From Candidatus Bathyarchaeia archaeon (GTDB lineage Archaea > Thermoproteota > Bathyarchaeia > 40CM-2-53-6): a stretch of 60,157 bases of DNA. Location: positions 1 through 60,157 of the forward strand of contig DASPWY010000166.1 in the NCBI GenBank assembly GCA_035637575.1. Direction: 5' to 3'. Of this stretch, positions 45,393 through 55,575 are shown in pieces. The stretch's first letter is position 1, and each line of letters begins with the position of its first letter. The notes beneath the pieces are model-generated. The model made no database searches, was not told where the DNA came from, and saw only the letters and a program-made list of their open reading frames with translations. Position numbers and translations under genes: made by a program.

Positions 45393-46484
45393 TTGCCGGA
45401 TGATTCCATAGCAAAACGAGTCGTCCAGACCTCACTCGGAATTCATGAAGATGACATGGTTGTAATCGACACATGGCAGCATACTATTGACCTCGCAAGC
45501 GACATTGCACTCGAATGCCTTAGGACAGGGGCAAAGCCGCTGATCACCCTCATGACCGACCGATTGTGGTGGAAGGCCTTGGAGGAAATACCGGAACAGT
45601 ATTTCCGCAAAACCCCGCGGCACATACTGAGCGCAATGGAGAGCGCTACAGTCTGGATTGGGATCGGGGGTCCCGAAGACCCGACGAAGTTCAGGGAAGT
45701 TCCATCCTCCCGACTTGAGCCGTTTTTCGAGGGAGACAAACCACTAGTTGACAAAACTATTGAGCGAAAAATCCGCGTGCTCCAGGTTCTGCTCGGCGAC
45801 GTCACCCCCCAGCGCGCAAAGGCCTATGGCTTCGACTATGCCAGATGGCTCAAAAACACCGAAGACGCGATCAAAGTAGACTATCCGAAAATGACAGAGC
45901 TAGGCAAGAAGATAGCAGGCCGTCTAGAAAGGGCATCAAAGGTCCACATCACATCCAAGATCGGAACAGACCTTAGGTTTGACATCTCAAGGCGGCCAGT
46001 ACACATTGAGGATGGGATAGTAGATCAAGAGGACATGGAACGAGGCCTCGTCTCAACTCAATTACCCTCAGGGAAAGTCGAGGTGCCCCCGATCGAAACT
46101 AGCGCTCGAGGAACTGTTATGCTTGACACCCCTAGAGCCTTGAAGGGGCGTCTGATAACCGACTTGCAGTTTGTGTTCGAGAAAGGAAGGGTCAAGGAAT
46201 TTCATGCCAAGAAATACGAGGATGTGTTTAGAGAAGTCTTCGAAGCTACGCAAGGAGACAAAGACAAGATTGGCCAATTCGCACTTGGATTAAACCCGAA
46301 AATAGAACTTATCGGTTATCGCACCGATGAACTTGCCCTAGGAACGGCGACTATCGGAATTGGAGCCAATAAGGGAATCGGAGGACAGAACGATAGCAGC
46401 CTCGCATTCTCGGGAACCCTCACAAAACCAACGATTGACATTGACGGCTTGGCCATCATGGTCGACGGAAGGCTCGTAATCTAA
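45393..46484 (+). CDS. Aminopeptidase (M29 / AmpS-like, COG2309-type)
   Basis: 363 aa. The N-terminal pattern AKRVVQTSLGIHEDDMVVIDTWQHTIDLASDIALECLRTGAKP and the overall length fit AmpS-like aminopeptidases. I could not verify the metal ligands by eye. The start codon is TTG. Confidence 0.6.
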   Translation: MPDDSIAKRVVQTSLGIHEDDMVVIDTWQHTIDLASDIALECLRTGAKPLITLMTDRLWWKALEEIPEQYFRKTPRHILSAMESATVWIGIGGPEDPTKFREVPSSRLEPFFEGDKPLVDKTIERKIRVLQVLLGDVTPQRAKAYGFDYARWLKNTEDAIKVDYPKMTELGKKIAGRLERASKVHITSKIGTDLRFDISRRPVHIEDGIVDQEDMERGLVSTQLPSGKVEVPPIETSARGTVMLDTPRALKGRLITDLQFVFEKGRVKEFHAKKYEDVFREVFEATQGDKDKIGQFALGLNPKIELIGYRTDELALGTATIGIGANKGIGGQNDSSLAFSGTLTKPTIDIDGLAIMVDGRLVI

Positions 46485-46503
46485 TTCACTCGAAGTTATC
46501 GGA

Positions 46504-47775
46504 ATTCTGTCGAGCACGCGAGAGGAAGAGCAGACGAAGCGTCGAATAGACCTCCTCATCCTCGACTCAAAGGAGACAATCACACTAGCTCGGTCTACCG
46601 AAGACGATCTCGAAATCATAGATGCCGGAGGGGTTGCAATCGACAGGGGGAGGATCGTCGACGCGGCATCTTCTCAACTATTAGAACGAAAGTACTCGGC
46701 CTCCAGGCAGGTACTCGCCACGGATGAAATAGTCCTTCCCGGCTTTGTTGACCCTCACACACACCTAGTCTTCCAAGGGTCTAGAGAAGAAGAGTTTCAG
46801 AATAGGCTGGGAGGAGCCTCCTATCTAGACATTCTCCGGAAGGGAGGAGGAATAATCCAGACTGTCAACAGAACACGCCAGACCACCCAGTCTGAACTCT
46901 TCTCAATCGCTCAAAGCAGGCTGAACAGTATGCTGGAAGCCGGAACCACCACTCTGGAAATCAAGAGTGGATACGGGCTTCGTCTAGAACACGAGCTGAA
47001 AATCCTCCGGGTTATCAGCCACTTGAAGAGACACCACCCGTGCAAGATAATCGCAACCTTCCTCGGTGCGCACGCAGTCCCGGCTGGAGTGATCCCCGAG
47101 GAATACGCAAGAATAGTAGTCGAAGAAATGATTCCAGCTGTTCACCAGGAAGGCCTTGCAGAATTCTGCGACGTCTTTTGCGAAAACGGCATCTTCAATC
47201 CTGAATTGTCCAAGAAAATACTTAGAACAGGAACGGCTAACGGTCTTAGACCAAAGATACACGCTGACCAGTTCACCGATAGCATGGGAGCTAGAGTAGC
47301 AAATGCCGTCGGAGCGACCTCGGCGGACCACCTGGTGTATTCGGAGCCCAGAGAACTTGAGAGAATGACCAAGAGCTCGGTCGTTCCCGTCCTCCTACCA
47401 GCCTCCTCGCATAGCCTGCTAAGCGACGACTATCCTCAAGCTAGGGAGATGCTATCGGAAAGGCTGCCGGTGTCGTTGGGAACAGACTTTAGCCCCTCCA
47501 ACTGGGTTCTTGGACAACTAACGGTTGCAGCCGAGGCTTCAAGAGGACTCCGTATGAAGGCGGAAGAGATTATTCGTGCAATTACGATCAATGCGGCCAA
47601 AGCATTGGGCCTTCAACGGAGCATCGGAAGCATCGAAAAAGGCAAAAGTGCAGATATCGTCATTCTAAAAGTCCCAAATCATAAGTGGATAGGCTACACG
47701 TACGAGGAGGGAATAGTGGACAAAGTGCTTATCGAGGGAAGGGAAGTTGTGAGAGAGGGCAAGAGGGTCCATTGA
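46504..47775 (+). CDS. hutI: Imidazolonepropionase (start codon unresolved)
   Basis: [11 protein letters not shown] (metal-binding HxH), [20 protein letters not shown] and IHADQF are present. The reading frame is open from 46480, but there is no ATG/GTG/TTG before the ATG at 46930. That ATG lies downstream of the essential HxH motif. The start is placed provisionally at ATT 46504 or CTG 46507. Confidence 0.8.
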   Translation: MLSSTREEEQTKRRIDLLILDSKETITLARSTEDDLEIIDAGGVAIDRGRIVDAASSQLLERKYSASRQVLATDEIVLPGFVDPHTHLVFQGSREEEFQNRLGGASYLDILRKGGGIIQTVNRTRQTTQSELFSIAQSRLNSMLEAGTTTLEIKSGYGLRLEHELKILRVISHLKRHHPCKIIATFLGAHAVPAGVIPEEYARIVVEEMIPAVHQEGLAEFCDVFCENGIFNPELSKKILRTGTANGLRPKIHADQFTDSMGARVANAVGATSADHLVYSEPRELERMTKSSVVPVLLPASSHSLLSDDYPQAREMLSERLPVSLGTDFSPSNWVLGQLTVAAEASRGLRMKAEEIIRAITINAAKALGLQRSIGSIEKGKSADIVILKVPNHKWIGYTYEEGIVDKVLIEGREVVREGKRVH

Positions 47776-49463
47776 CTCGACAGGGTCAACCGCAGCCTGT
47801 TACGACCCTGAAGCAGAAACAGAATCTATCTCTGATTACTGGCGGGACTCTGAACTGTAGAAATTGGCAGATTGAGGGAGCATTGAGAATGCTTCACAAT
47901 GTCCTGCAACCCGATGTGGCGAAAAACCCGGATGAGCTGATCGTGTACGGTGGAACAGGAAGAGCAGCTCGATCATGGGAAGCTCTTGAGACGATTGAGA
48001 CTTCTCTCAAGAAGCTAGGGGAAGAGGACACTCTTCTTATCCAGAGCGGGAAGCCCGTCGCGATCTTCAAGACTCATAGGATGGCACCGAGAGTCTTGAT
48101 CGTCAACAGTATGCTGGTGCCCAAATGGGCGACGTGGGACTACTTCTACGAGCTCGAACAGAAGGGCCTGATAATGTTCGGACAAATGACTGCCGGGTCG
48201 TGGGCTTACATCGGAACACAGGGAATTCTACAGGGCACGTACGAGACACTCGCCGCTGCGGCTAGGGAACACTTCGGGGGCAGTCTGAAAGGACGAGTCG
48301 TCCTGACCGCTGGCCTGGGAGAGATGGGTGGGGCGCAGCCTTTGGCGGTAACAATGAACGATGGAATTGCGCTAGCTGTGGAGATCGATAAACGTGCGAT
48401 AGAGAGGAGGCTGAAGCATGGCTACGTTCAAAGATCGACTGATGATCTTGGCGAAGCCATCGATATTGTCAATCAAGCCAGGCAAGAAGGGGCTTCGACA
48501 AGTCTGGCCCTGCTCGGAAACGCCGCTGAGATTCATCCAGAACTTGTGAGAAGATCAATCATTCCAGATATCGTTACAGATCAGACCTCGGCCCATGATC
48601 CACTTAACGGATACTATCCTGTGGGATTGTCGAAGGAAGAAGCTGACCAGCTAAGAAAGTCAGACCCGACCAAGTACCTTGACAGGGCGGGCAAAAGCAT
48701 CGTGACACACGTCAAAGCCATGATCGATATGGGTCGTAAAGGAGCTGTTGTATTCGAATATGGCAACAACATTCGACAAAAGGCCTTTGACGCCGGTCTG
48801 AAAGAGGCATTCGAATTCCCGGGATTCGTTCAGAAGTACATCAGACCAATGTTCTGTGAAGGTAGAGGTCCGTTCAGATGGACCTCGCTCGTAGGGGACC
48901 CAGAAGATATCCGGAAGATAGACCAGTTGGTCCTCGACACTTTCCCAGACAATATGAACCTCCGACGATGGATTGAAAAAGCCCAGAAGCACGTCAAGTT
49001 CCAAGGACTGCCCGCCCGAGTCTGCTGGCTAGGCTATGGTGAGAGATCAAAGTTCGGAGCACGCATCAACGAGATGGTCAGAACAGGAAAATTATCGGGT
49101 CCCATATGGATCGGACGAGATCACCTCGATTGCGGAAGTGTAGCTTCCCCGAGAAGGGAGACGGAAGGGATGATGGATGGAAGCGACGCGATAGCCGACT
49201 GGCCGATCCTTAACGCGCTTCTCAATACTGCCGCCGGTGCAACGTGGGTGAGTGTCCATCAAGGTGGCGGAGTCGGGATGGGCTACAGCATACATGCGGG
49301 AATGTGTCTTGTGGCTGATGGAACGCCTGAAAGCGCTGAGCGGCTTGAACGGGTACTGACAGCGGATCCTGGGATCGGAATTGTTAGACATGCTGACGCG
49401 GGCTATCCAAGAGCTAAGGAGATTGCCAAAGAGAAGGGCTTGCGGATGCCGATGCTCAAGTAA
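47772..49463 (+). CDS. hutU: Urocanate hydratase
   Basis: [14 protein letters not shown] and [23 protein letters not shown] are present. The TTG at 47772 overlaps the hutI stop (TTGA). The ORF-track start at 47685 lies inside hutI. Confidence 0.92.
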   Translation: MTRQGQPQPVTTLKQKQNLSLITGGTLNCRNWQIEGALRMLHNVLQPDVAKNPDELIVYGGTGRAARSWEALETIETSLKKLGEEDTLLIQSGKPVAIFKTHRMAPRVLIVNSMLVPKWATWDYFYELEQKGLIMFGQMTAGSWAYIGTQGILQGTYETLAAAAREHFGGSLKGRVVLTAGLGEMGGAQPLAVTMNDGIALAVEIDKRAIERRLKHGYVQRSTDDLGEAIDIVNQARQEGASTSLALLGNAAEIHPELVRRSIIPDIVTDQTSAHDPLNGYYPVGLSKEEADQLRKSDPTKYLDRAGKSIVTHVKAMIDMGRKGAVVFEYGNNIRQKAFDAGLKEAFEFPGFVQKYIRPMFCEGRGPFRWTSLVGDPEDIRKIDQLVLDTFPDNMNLRRWIEKAQKHVKFQGLPARVCWLGYGERSKFGARINEMVRTGKLSGPIWIGRDHLDCGSVASPRRETEGMMDGSDAIADWPILNALLNTAAGATWVSVHQGGGVGMGYSIHAGMCLVADGTPESAERLERVLTADPGIGIVRHADAGYPRAKEIAKEKGLRMPMLK

Positions 49464-49514
49464 GCCCGCCAATACTTATCTCTCAAACACCTCGTTGCAA
49501 CGACTCGTGGGACA

Positions 49515-51062
49515 TTGGCCCAGGTTACGATAGACGGATCACATCTTACACTTGACCAGGTCTTGCAGGTTGCGAGAGACAAGGCCCGGACGGTCATTAC
49601 CGAGAAAGCAATCGCCCGCACAAGAAACGGACGCAAAGCTCTCGAAGGACTGTTACGGGAAAAAGAGGTGATCTATGGAGTCAATACAGGATTCGGAGCA
49701 CTATCAAACTTCAGAATACCCACAGACGATCTCAAACAGCTACAGACGAACCTCATCCGGAGCCACTCCGCTAGCGTGGGACAACCACACTCGTCGGACG
49801 TTGTGCGGGCTATGATGCTTCTACGCGCTAACACACTCCTCAAGGGGAACTCGGGAATCAGACCAGAAGTAGTCAGCACTATCGTAAGGCTACTCAACAA
49901 AGAGATCCATCCATACGTACCCGAGAAAGGCTCGGTAGGCGCGAGCGGAGACTTATCTCCGCTGTCTCACATGGCCCTTGTACTTCTAGGGGAAGGAAGC
50001 GCTGAATCACGCGGACGATGGATTCCAGGTAAGAAAGCCCTAGAGATCTCGAGCAGCGTTCCTCTCAAACTCGAAGCGAAAGAGGGGCTGGCGTTGAACA
50101 ATGGTACCCAGCAAATGGTCGCGATAGGCTGCCTCTGCCTTCACGACGCGTACCAACTACTTGCGACCACAGAAGCTGCGCTCGCCCTTTCGCTCGAAGC
50201 TCTGAAGGGATGGGTCGATGCTTTCGATGAGAGAATTCACAAGCTTAGGCCCCATCCGGGACAACAGATCGTAGCCGAACATGTTCGAGGACTAGTGAGA
50301 GGAAGCAGGACGGTTAGGACGATAGAGAGTGGCGATGCTTCGAATGGTCGCCCTCAAGACCCATACTCATTCAGATGCGCCCCACAAGTGATGGGAGCGT
50401 CGAAAGATGCGTTTGATTTCACAAAACAGATTCTAGAAGTAGAGATGAATTCGGCTACTGACAACCCTCTCGTGTTTCCAGAGGATGGCGTCTGTATTTC
50501 CGGGGGCAACTTTCACGGACAGCCAGTTGCTATGGGACTCGATATCATGGCCTTAGCGATCTCCTATCTTGCTAACATGTCGGAGAGAAGAATATCCGCT
50601 CTGCTAGACCCCTCGCTCAATAACGGGCTTCCACCGTTTCTGGTCGGAGGAGGGTCGAAGCCGGGACTCTCAAGCGGGTTGATGGCGGTCCAGTACACGG
50701 CAACATCGCTTGTTGCTGAGAGTAAGCTGATGACGCATCCTGCTAGCAGTGACTCGATCCCGACTTCGAGCAATTTTGAGGATTTTGTCAGCATGGGACC
50801 CGGAGCAGCCCATAAAGCGAGAATGATACTCGAAAACTCCCAGTACGTGACCAGTATAGAGCTACTTGTTGCGGCGCAAGGAGTTGATTTGAGAGGCGCT
50901 AACGGACTAGGAATCGGAACTAGACGCGTCTTCCAAGCTATCAGACGAAAAGTTCCCCGGCTAATTGAAGATCGGTCTTCCCACGATGATATCGAGAAGA
51001 TTCGCAAGATGGTTCGCGATGGTGAGATAGCGAAAATCGTCGCCCAGGTCACCCGGTCCTGA
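49515..51062 (+). CDS. hutH: Histidine ammonia-lyase
   Basis: It has the MIO-forming GSVGASGDLSPLSH, NGTQ and QDPYSFRC. The start codon is TTG. Confidence 0.93.
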   Translation: MAQVTIDGSHLTLDQVLQVARDKARTVITEKAIARTRNGRKALEGLLREKEVIYGVNTGFGALSNFRIPTDDLKQLQTNLIRSHSASVGQPHSSDVVRAMMLLRANTLLKGNSGIRPEVVSTIVRLLNKEIHPYVPEKGSVGASGDLSPLSHMALVLLGEGSAESRGRWIPGKKALEISSSVPLKLEAKEGLALNNGTQQMVAIGCLCLHDAYQLLATTEAALALSLEALKGWVDAFDERIHKLRPHPGQQIVAEHVRGLVRGSRTVRTIESGDASNGRPQDPYSFRCAPQVMGASKDAFDFTKQILEVEMNSATDNPLVFPEDGVCISGGNFHGQPVAMGLDIMALAISYLANMSERRISALLDPSLNNGLPPFLVGGGSKPGLSSGLMAVQYTATSLVAESKLMTHPASSDSIPTSSNFEDFVSMGPGAAHKARMILENSQYVTSIELLVAAQGVDLRGANGLGIGTRRVFQAIRRKVPRLIEDRSSHDDIEKIRKMVRDGEIAKIVAQVTRS

Positions 51063-51069
51063 ATCGAAC

Positions 51070-51834
51070 GTGATAGTCTACCCGCTTAGATCGAGTCTGG
51101 CGAGAGCCGGGGACTCAATTCCAGATCTGTTTTTCAAGGCTTTAGCAAAGAACCGTGTGCGGTTCAAGACGAGAGATATTGTGGCAGTCTCGAGCAAGAT
51201 TGTGGGAATCGCTGAAAACAGAATTAGATACCTTGACAGCATGAAACCCGCACCGAGGGCTAGAAGCCTCGCCCGGAAGTATTCCTTAACTCCCGCGTTT
51301 GCTCAAGCCGTTCTAGACGAAGCCGACCTAGTGGTCGGCGGTGTAAAAGGAGCACTTCTGACGGTGAAGAACGGTGACGCTGTTGCGAATGCTGGGATCG
51401 ACCGGAAGAACTCTCCTGAGGGAGCAGTTGTTCTCTGGCCTCGCAATGCAGATCTGTCTGCAAGAAATATTGGACGGTCGATTCGGAGAAAGTCGGGAAA
51501 AAGTGTGGGAGTTGTTATCGTCGATAGTCGAGTGAGCCCAATGAGACTGGGGACGACGGGCTTCGCGATCGGCTGCGCGGGAATCGAATCAGTAGAAGAT
51601 ACCAGAGGGAGCGTGGACCTTTTCGGGAGACGTATCCAGATCACCGTCCGAGCGATTGCCGATGGAATAGCAGCATCGGCCCAGCTCGTGATGGGTGAGG
51701 CGTCGGAGCAGGTCCCCTTCGCGGTCATTCGCGATGCGCCCGTCACCCTAAGCAATGGGCATGGCATTCGCCCAGCAAAGCTGGCGTGGAATCGATGCCT
51801 CTACATGAGCCAGATCCCACGCGGAAATGATTGA
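51070..51834 (+). CDS. CofE-family protein (F420-0:gamma-glutamyl ligase-like), coupled to hutH
   Basis: IVAVSSKIVGIAENR, VANAGIDRKNSP, VVLWPRNAD and VGVVIVDSRVSPMRLGTTGFAIGCAG match the CofE fold pattern. The GTG start lies 7 nt after the hutH stop. Confidence 0.7.
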   Translation: MIVYPLRSSLARAGDSIPDLFFKALAKNRVRFKTRDIVAVSSKIVGIAENRIRYLDSMKPAPRARSLARKYSLTPAFAQAVLDEADLVVGGVKGALLTVKNGDAVANAGIDRKNSPEGAVVLWPRNADLSARNIGRSIRRKSGKSVGVVIVDSRVSPMRLGTTGFAIGCAGIESVEDTRGSVDLFGRRIQITVRAIADGIAASAQLVMGEASEQVPFAVIRDAPVTLSNGHGIRPAKLAWNRCLYMSQIPRGND

Positions 51835-52194
51835 GTTCGAGGAGCATCGATTTCGATTCAAAGACTACAGAGGTTCCGAGAAATAGCAGAATTCCCGGGA
51901 CGCCCAAAGAGCACTTTTGTGTCGTGAGGAGCAACTGCTTTTGAGATTTTTCGGAGAGGGGTCCAGCCAGTTGAAGCGGAACCGGGCGAGTCTTGCGAAA
52001 CGAGGCGCAGAATCATGCGGTCGGCTGTTTTCGATATGGCGTAGCTCAGCGTGCAGGTCAACGTGCAAACTGCGTGATCTCAAATCGCCTGCCCCTATTC
52101 CGGATCAGGGTTCATTTTGCGCCTATTCCTCTTCTTGACTCTCGAAAACCCTAGAGTGCGAACCATTCTCTAGTCTACTGTTGTGGCGTGCAGC

Positions 52195-54201
52195 TCAAAC
52201 CGGTTTTTGGCATCTATCGCAGTACCAGCGCATTTGAGCTGGGTCCCACCTCAAAGGCTGCTGACAAGTGGGACATCGATTGTATTGGATACCAGCAGGC
52301 TTCCTTCTCCGGAATATCAGATAGCCGAGCAGGATGCCGATGGCAGCGCCGATTGCGACTCCGATGAGACTAAAGACGAGGGCTGGTGAGATGGCGCTAT
52401 TGGCAAGCTGCTGAGCTGCGCTAGCATCTTCGGCTGCCGCCAGCGAGTACTGTACGGCACCCGCATAGTCCATCGTGTTGTACAGGTTTTCTGCCTGCGC
52501 AATATTCTGGTTAGCCATGGATATGTCTCCGGAATTGAAGAGAGTGTTCTGAGTGCTTGAGAGAGACTGTATGGCGAAAGAAAGTAGCTCGTCATTCACT
52601 CCCCGCAAGATCGAGTCCCTGTCGAACTGGCTATAGTTCAGACTGTACGCATAGTATCCCATGACGGTGTTTGTAAAGTCCTCCGTCAGATCGTAGATGA
52701 AGGGATGGTTCAAACCCATCATGTGTCCGAGCTCGTGAGTAGCGGCGTGTGTGAAGCCGGCTCCCTTGCCGGGCTGACTGTAGGTTGAGTTGTTGCCGAT
52801 AGTAAAGTCGGCCTGTTGGGAGAATCCTATCATGACCATATCTCCCAACGCCTCGCCTCCGAATGTACCGTAGATGTTGGGCGACCCGATGTCTTCCTTG
52901 ACCGGGACCCCGAACGTGTAATTTCCCTTGAACGCAAAGAGAAATCCGGGAATATCTATTCTCGACGTTGTGCGAGTTACATTGATGAAATTCGCAATGT
53001 GTCCCAGACCATATGTTGTGAACCAGTTGTAGACCAAGTCGCCGTCAATGATCGGCCGGCCGGATACGGGATCTCTGAGAGCTGTGGTTGCATTAGCCAT
53101 TATGGCAGCGAGCCCAGGGTAGTCTGTGACGTTTGCATAATTGATCTTGACAGTTACACCAGCAAACGGGACGAGACTGGCCAAATTCTCCTGAACCATG
53201 GTTTCATTGATGGTTGAGGACAGCTTCGGACCCTGTAACTTTTCCGCCGTGGTCCGGTTATCGAGAACGAAGAGTTGGACGTCATAGTTCTGAGCGTAGT
53301 TCACTGGATAGAGCTGGTCGGGAGCGAACAGATTGTTGACAGCGCCGTACACGTAGGACCCGATGAACTTACTCATCCAGAGCTTCCCATAGTACGTGAT
53401 GGTGCTGATTCCTCTCAACTGAGATGCGACTTGCACCGGGAGCTCGTTCGTCCAGTAGCTGGGTCCAGCAGAGAGATCCATGTAATAGAATCGGCCGCTC
53501 CCACCCCAGCCGGTCATGAAGTGACGCATCAGCTTGAGACCTAAGTCTGGGTCCGTGATTGTTCTATTGTAATAATGAGCGTCCACTGCGTGAGCTGTGC
53601 ACGGTCTACAGATTGCAACATAGTTCTGATATTCCGTGTAGTTGAAGGAAGGGATTGCAAAGCCGTGTAGATCGGCTACGAAGAGAGTGTATCCTGACGC
53701 AGGACTTGCTCCGAATAGGGTCATGTTGGACCCGAGCCAAGATTCGACCTTGTCAGCGTCGTAGAAGTAATTGTGAGCGACAGAAAGCGTCGAGGAGTTC
53801 GTAAAGTAAGGATTGACCAATCCGTATGGAGTGCTTGGGCTTGGAGTAGTGTCTTCTGGTTTTTCAATTGATGAGAGATACTGAGCAAACTTGGATACGG
53901 TTGAGTTGTCAGCGAATGTCAGTTGATAGTTGAAGTTGAAAATTACACCGGTGTTCAATGGGCCTGCGAGGATCGCCTGGTATTTCAGAGGAGGAACGGA
54001 GACACTACTCTTCAGATAGGTCGAATTCAACTCTCCCGGCGTGATTCCGAGAAACACAATCTTGATCGTGAGCGAGGCAGATCTGTTCAGCCCAAAGCCT
54101 TGCTCATTGATCGACTGAGGGGACTGAGAATCAACTGTCGGAAACTGAACGATCGAGAGAAGCACGATCAGTGCGACTGGGAGTACTAGGCTAAGGCGCA
54201 T
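52195..54201 (-). CDS. Exported metzincin-type zinc protease with a C-terminal TM helix and a cytoplasmic zinc ribbon
   Basis: It has a signal-like N-terminus (MRLSLVLPVALIVLLSIVQF) and an exact HExxHxxGxxH motif (HELGHMMGLNH), followed by a candidate Met-turn (TVMGYY). The TM is LVFSLIGVAIGAAIGILLGYLIF. The C-terminus is CPTCQQPLRWDPAQMRWYCDRCQ. Confidence 0.8.
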   Translation of the reverse strand: MRLSLVLPVALIVLLSIVQFPTVDSQSPQSINEQGFGLNRSASLTIKIVFLGITPGELNSTYLKSSVSVPPLKYQAILAGPLNTGVIFNFNYQLTFADNSTVSKFAQYLSSIEKPEDTTPSPSTPYGLVNPYFTNSSTLSVAHNYFYDADKVESWLGSNMTLFGASPASGYTLFVADLHGFAIPSFNYTEYQNYVAICRPCTAHAVDAHYYNRTITDPDLGLKLMRHFMTGWGGSGRFYYMDLSAGPSYWTNELPVQVASQLRGISTITYYGKLWMSKFIGSYVYGAVNNLFAPDQLYPVNYAQNYDVQLFVLDNRTTAEKLQGPKLSSTINETMVQENLASLVPFAGVTVKINYANVTDYPGLAAIMANATTALRDPVSGRPIIDGDLVYNWFTTYGLGHIANFINVTRTTSRIDIPGFLFAFKGNYTFGVPVKEDIGSPNIYGTFGGEALGDMVMIGFSQQADFTIGNNSTYSQPGKGAGFTHAATHELGHMMGLNHPFIYDLTEDFTNTVMGYYAYSLNYSQFDRDSILRGVNDELLSFAIQSLSSTQNTLFNSGDISMANQNIAQAENLYNTMDYAGAVQYSLAAAEDASAAQQLANSAISPALVFSLIGVAIGAAIGILLGYLIFRRRKPAGIQYNRCPTCQQPLRWDPAQMRWYCDRCQKPV

Positions 54202-54246
54202 CTTGCTTTCATCTCGATGTCAGGCCGGATTTCTATTAAGTGTCGT

Positions 54247-55458
54247 CTAGGATTCCATAACTGGGACTGTGAAATCTCCCTTCGGAACGATTAGTATCTT
54301 CGATTCCTTGCCTTCAACGCGTATTGCTTTCTGCACAGCTTCAGAGGCGGTCTGGGAAGGTTTCAACCCAAACGAGTCCCGTACAAATAATTCCGGAAGA
54401 ATGGACACTAACTGTATGCGGCACTTCTCGACTGCGTCTTCGAGGAAGAGGTTGACGTGGCCGCCTAGCTTGAACCGGTATCTCAGCTCCGTCGACAATT
54501 CCTTCCGTTCGGGAAATCTCCGAGCGTATTCGAGAAAGCTAGTATTGCCGATTCCTTTCGAGCATTCTGCGACTAAGATTATCGTGCCCCCTCTCCTAAC
54601 AGCGCCTAGAACGTTGGAGACTACTCTAATCGCGTGGTAGAGGTCTGCTCCCAACAGGCTTCCCGCCGAAACGATCACGATGTCCAGTTTCCGTTCAATC
54701 TTTGGACTATGGACCTCGTGGTAGCGCGAGGCAGCTTCCCTGAACACTGACTCCATTTCCCCAGCGAATGCCAAGCAGACTCCTCCTGCGCCGTCTGGCA
54801 TGAAGCATAAGCTATAGAATCGTCCAACGAGCTTGTAGGCCTCGATAGAATCCGACAAGACCTGGTTGTCCGGTGCAGATAGAGATGTTGGGAAACCCTT
54901 CGTCAAGAGTGACCGGTTCTTGGTTATCGAGTGAATCGAGGACGCGCCTGGCAGAACAGCCTCTGGTCCTCCGATGAAGCCGCTTGCAAAATGAGGCATG
55001 ACTAGCCCGACACTGATCTTGACCTCGCACGCAGCTAGGTCAGGATCCAACTCGACGCTGGTTCCCGCCGAAGTCTTTCCGAGTTCTGCGAACGAATCTC
55101 GGGAAGGGTCCATTATCTTGACCTTCTCGCCGGCCGGGATGACGTTTGACATGCGCTTTCGCATGAAAACTCTCACATTTTCAATGCCCAGCACGGTGAG
55201 ACGGGATCTCAGAGCCTTCGCCGCCTCGTCCCTTGCGATAGGTGGAACGATGGGATCTATGACTATTCCAGCAGTGCTACCAGGTTTGATCATATCTTTC
55301 AGGAAGAGCCCTCCAATCGGCGTTTCCAGAGCCTCCTCGATCATAGTCGGAGCGTCTTTCGTCCCAAGCGGCTTGACCGGCTCCAGAATTCTGTAGAAAT
55401 TGTCATCTGGAACCCGGACTGGAACCTCTGTCTCGCCGTAGGGTATCCAGAGTTCCAA
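54247..55458 (-). CDS. LarA-like (lactate racemase N-terminal domain / DUF2088) protein
   Basis: 403 aa. The N-terminus MELWIPYGETEVPVRVPDDNF and the internal MPHFASGFIGGPEAVLPG resemble the LarA family. No larB, larC or larE gene lies nearby. Confidence 0.6.
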   Translation of the reverse strand: MELWIPYGETEVPVRVPDDNFYRILEPVKPLGTKDAPTMIEEALETPIGGLFLKDMIKPGSTAGIVIDPIVPPIARDEAAKALRSRLTVLGIENVRVFMRKRMSNVIPAGEKVKIMDPSRDSFAELGKTSAGTSVELDPDLAACEVKISVGLVMPHFASGFIGGPEAVLPGASSIHSITKNRSLLTKGFPTSLSAPDNQVLSDSIEAYKLVGRFYSLCFMPDGAGGVCLAFAGEMESVFREAASRYHEVHSPKIERKLDIVIVSAGSLLGADLYHAIRVVSNVLGAVRRGGTIILVAECSKGIGNTSFLEYARRFPERKELSTELRYRFKLGGHVNLFLEDAVEKCRIQLVSILPELFVRDSFGLKPSQTASEAVQKAIRVEGKESKILIVPKGDFTVPVMES

Positions 55459-55575
55459 ACCGGCCGCCGTGATTGTTCGATTGGGCTTGCCTTTAAATCG
55501 CTATACTAACCGGCGGACTTTGCGTCTGCTGAGACAAAAGGTCAAGGCACGCAAGAAAATTCGAGGATAATAGAA

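Noticed and set aside
47685-47771. ORF-track N-terminal extension of hutU inside hutI.
   Set aside because: It is the alternative frame of the conserved hutI C-terminus. The TTG at 47772 gives the standard hutU N-terminal length and a TTGA coupling overlap.
51835-52194. Possible SRP (7S) RNA or another known structured RNA in the 360-bp convergent spacer.
   Set aside because: There is no helix-8-type GGAA...AGCAG motif and no Alu-domain loop motif on either strand. Only generic stems are visible. I kept it as a low-interest finding and did not call a feature.
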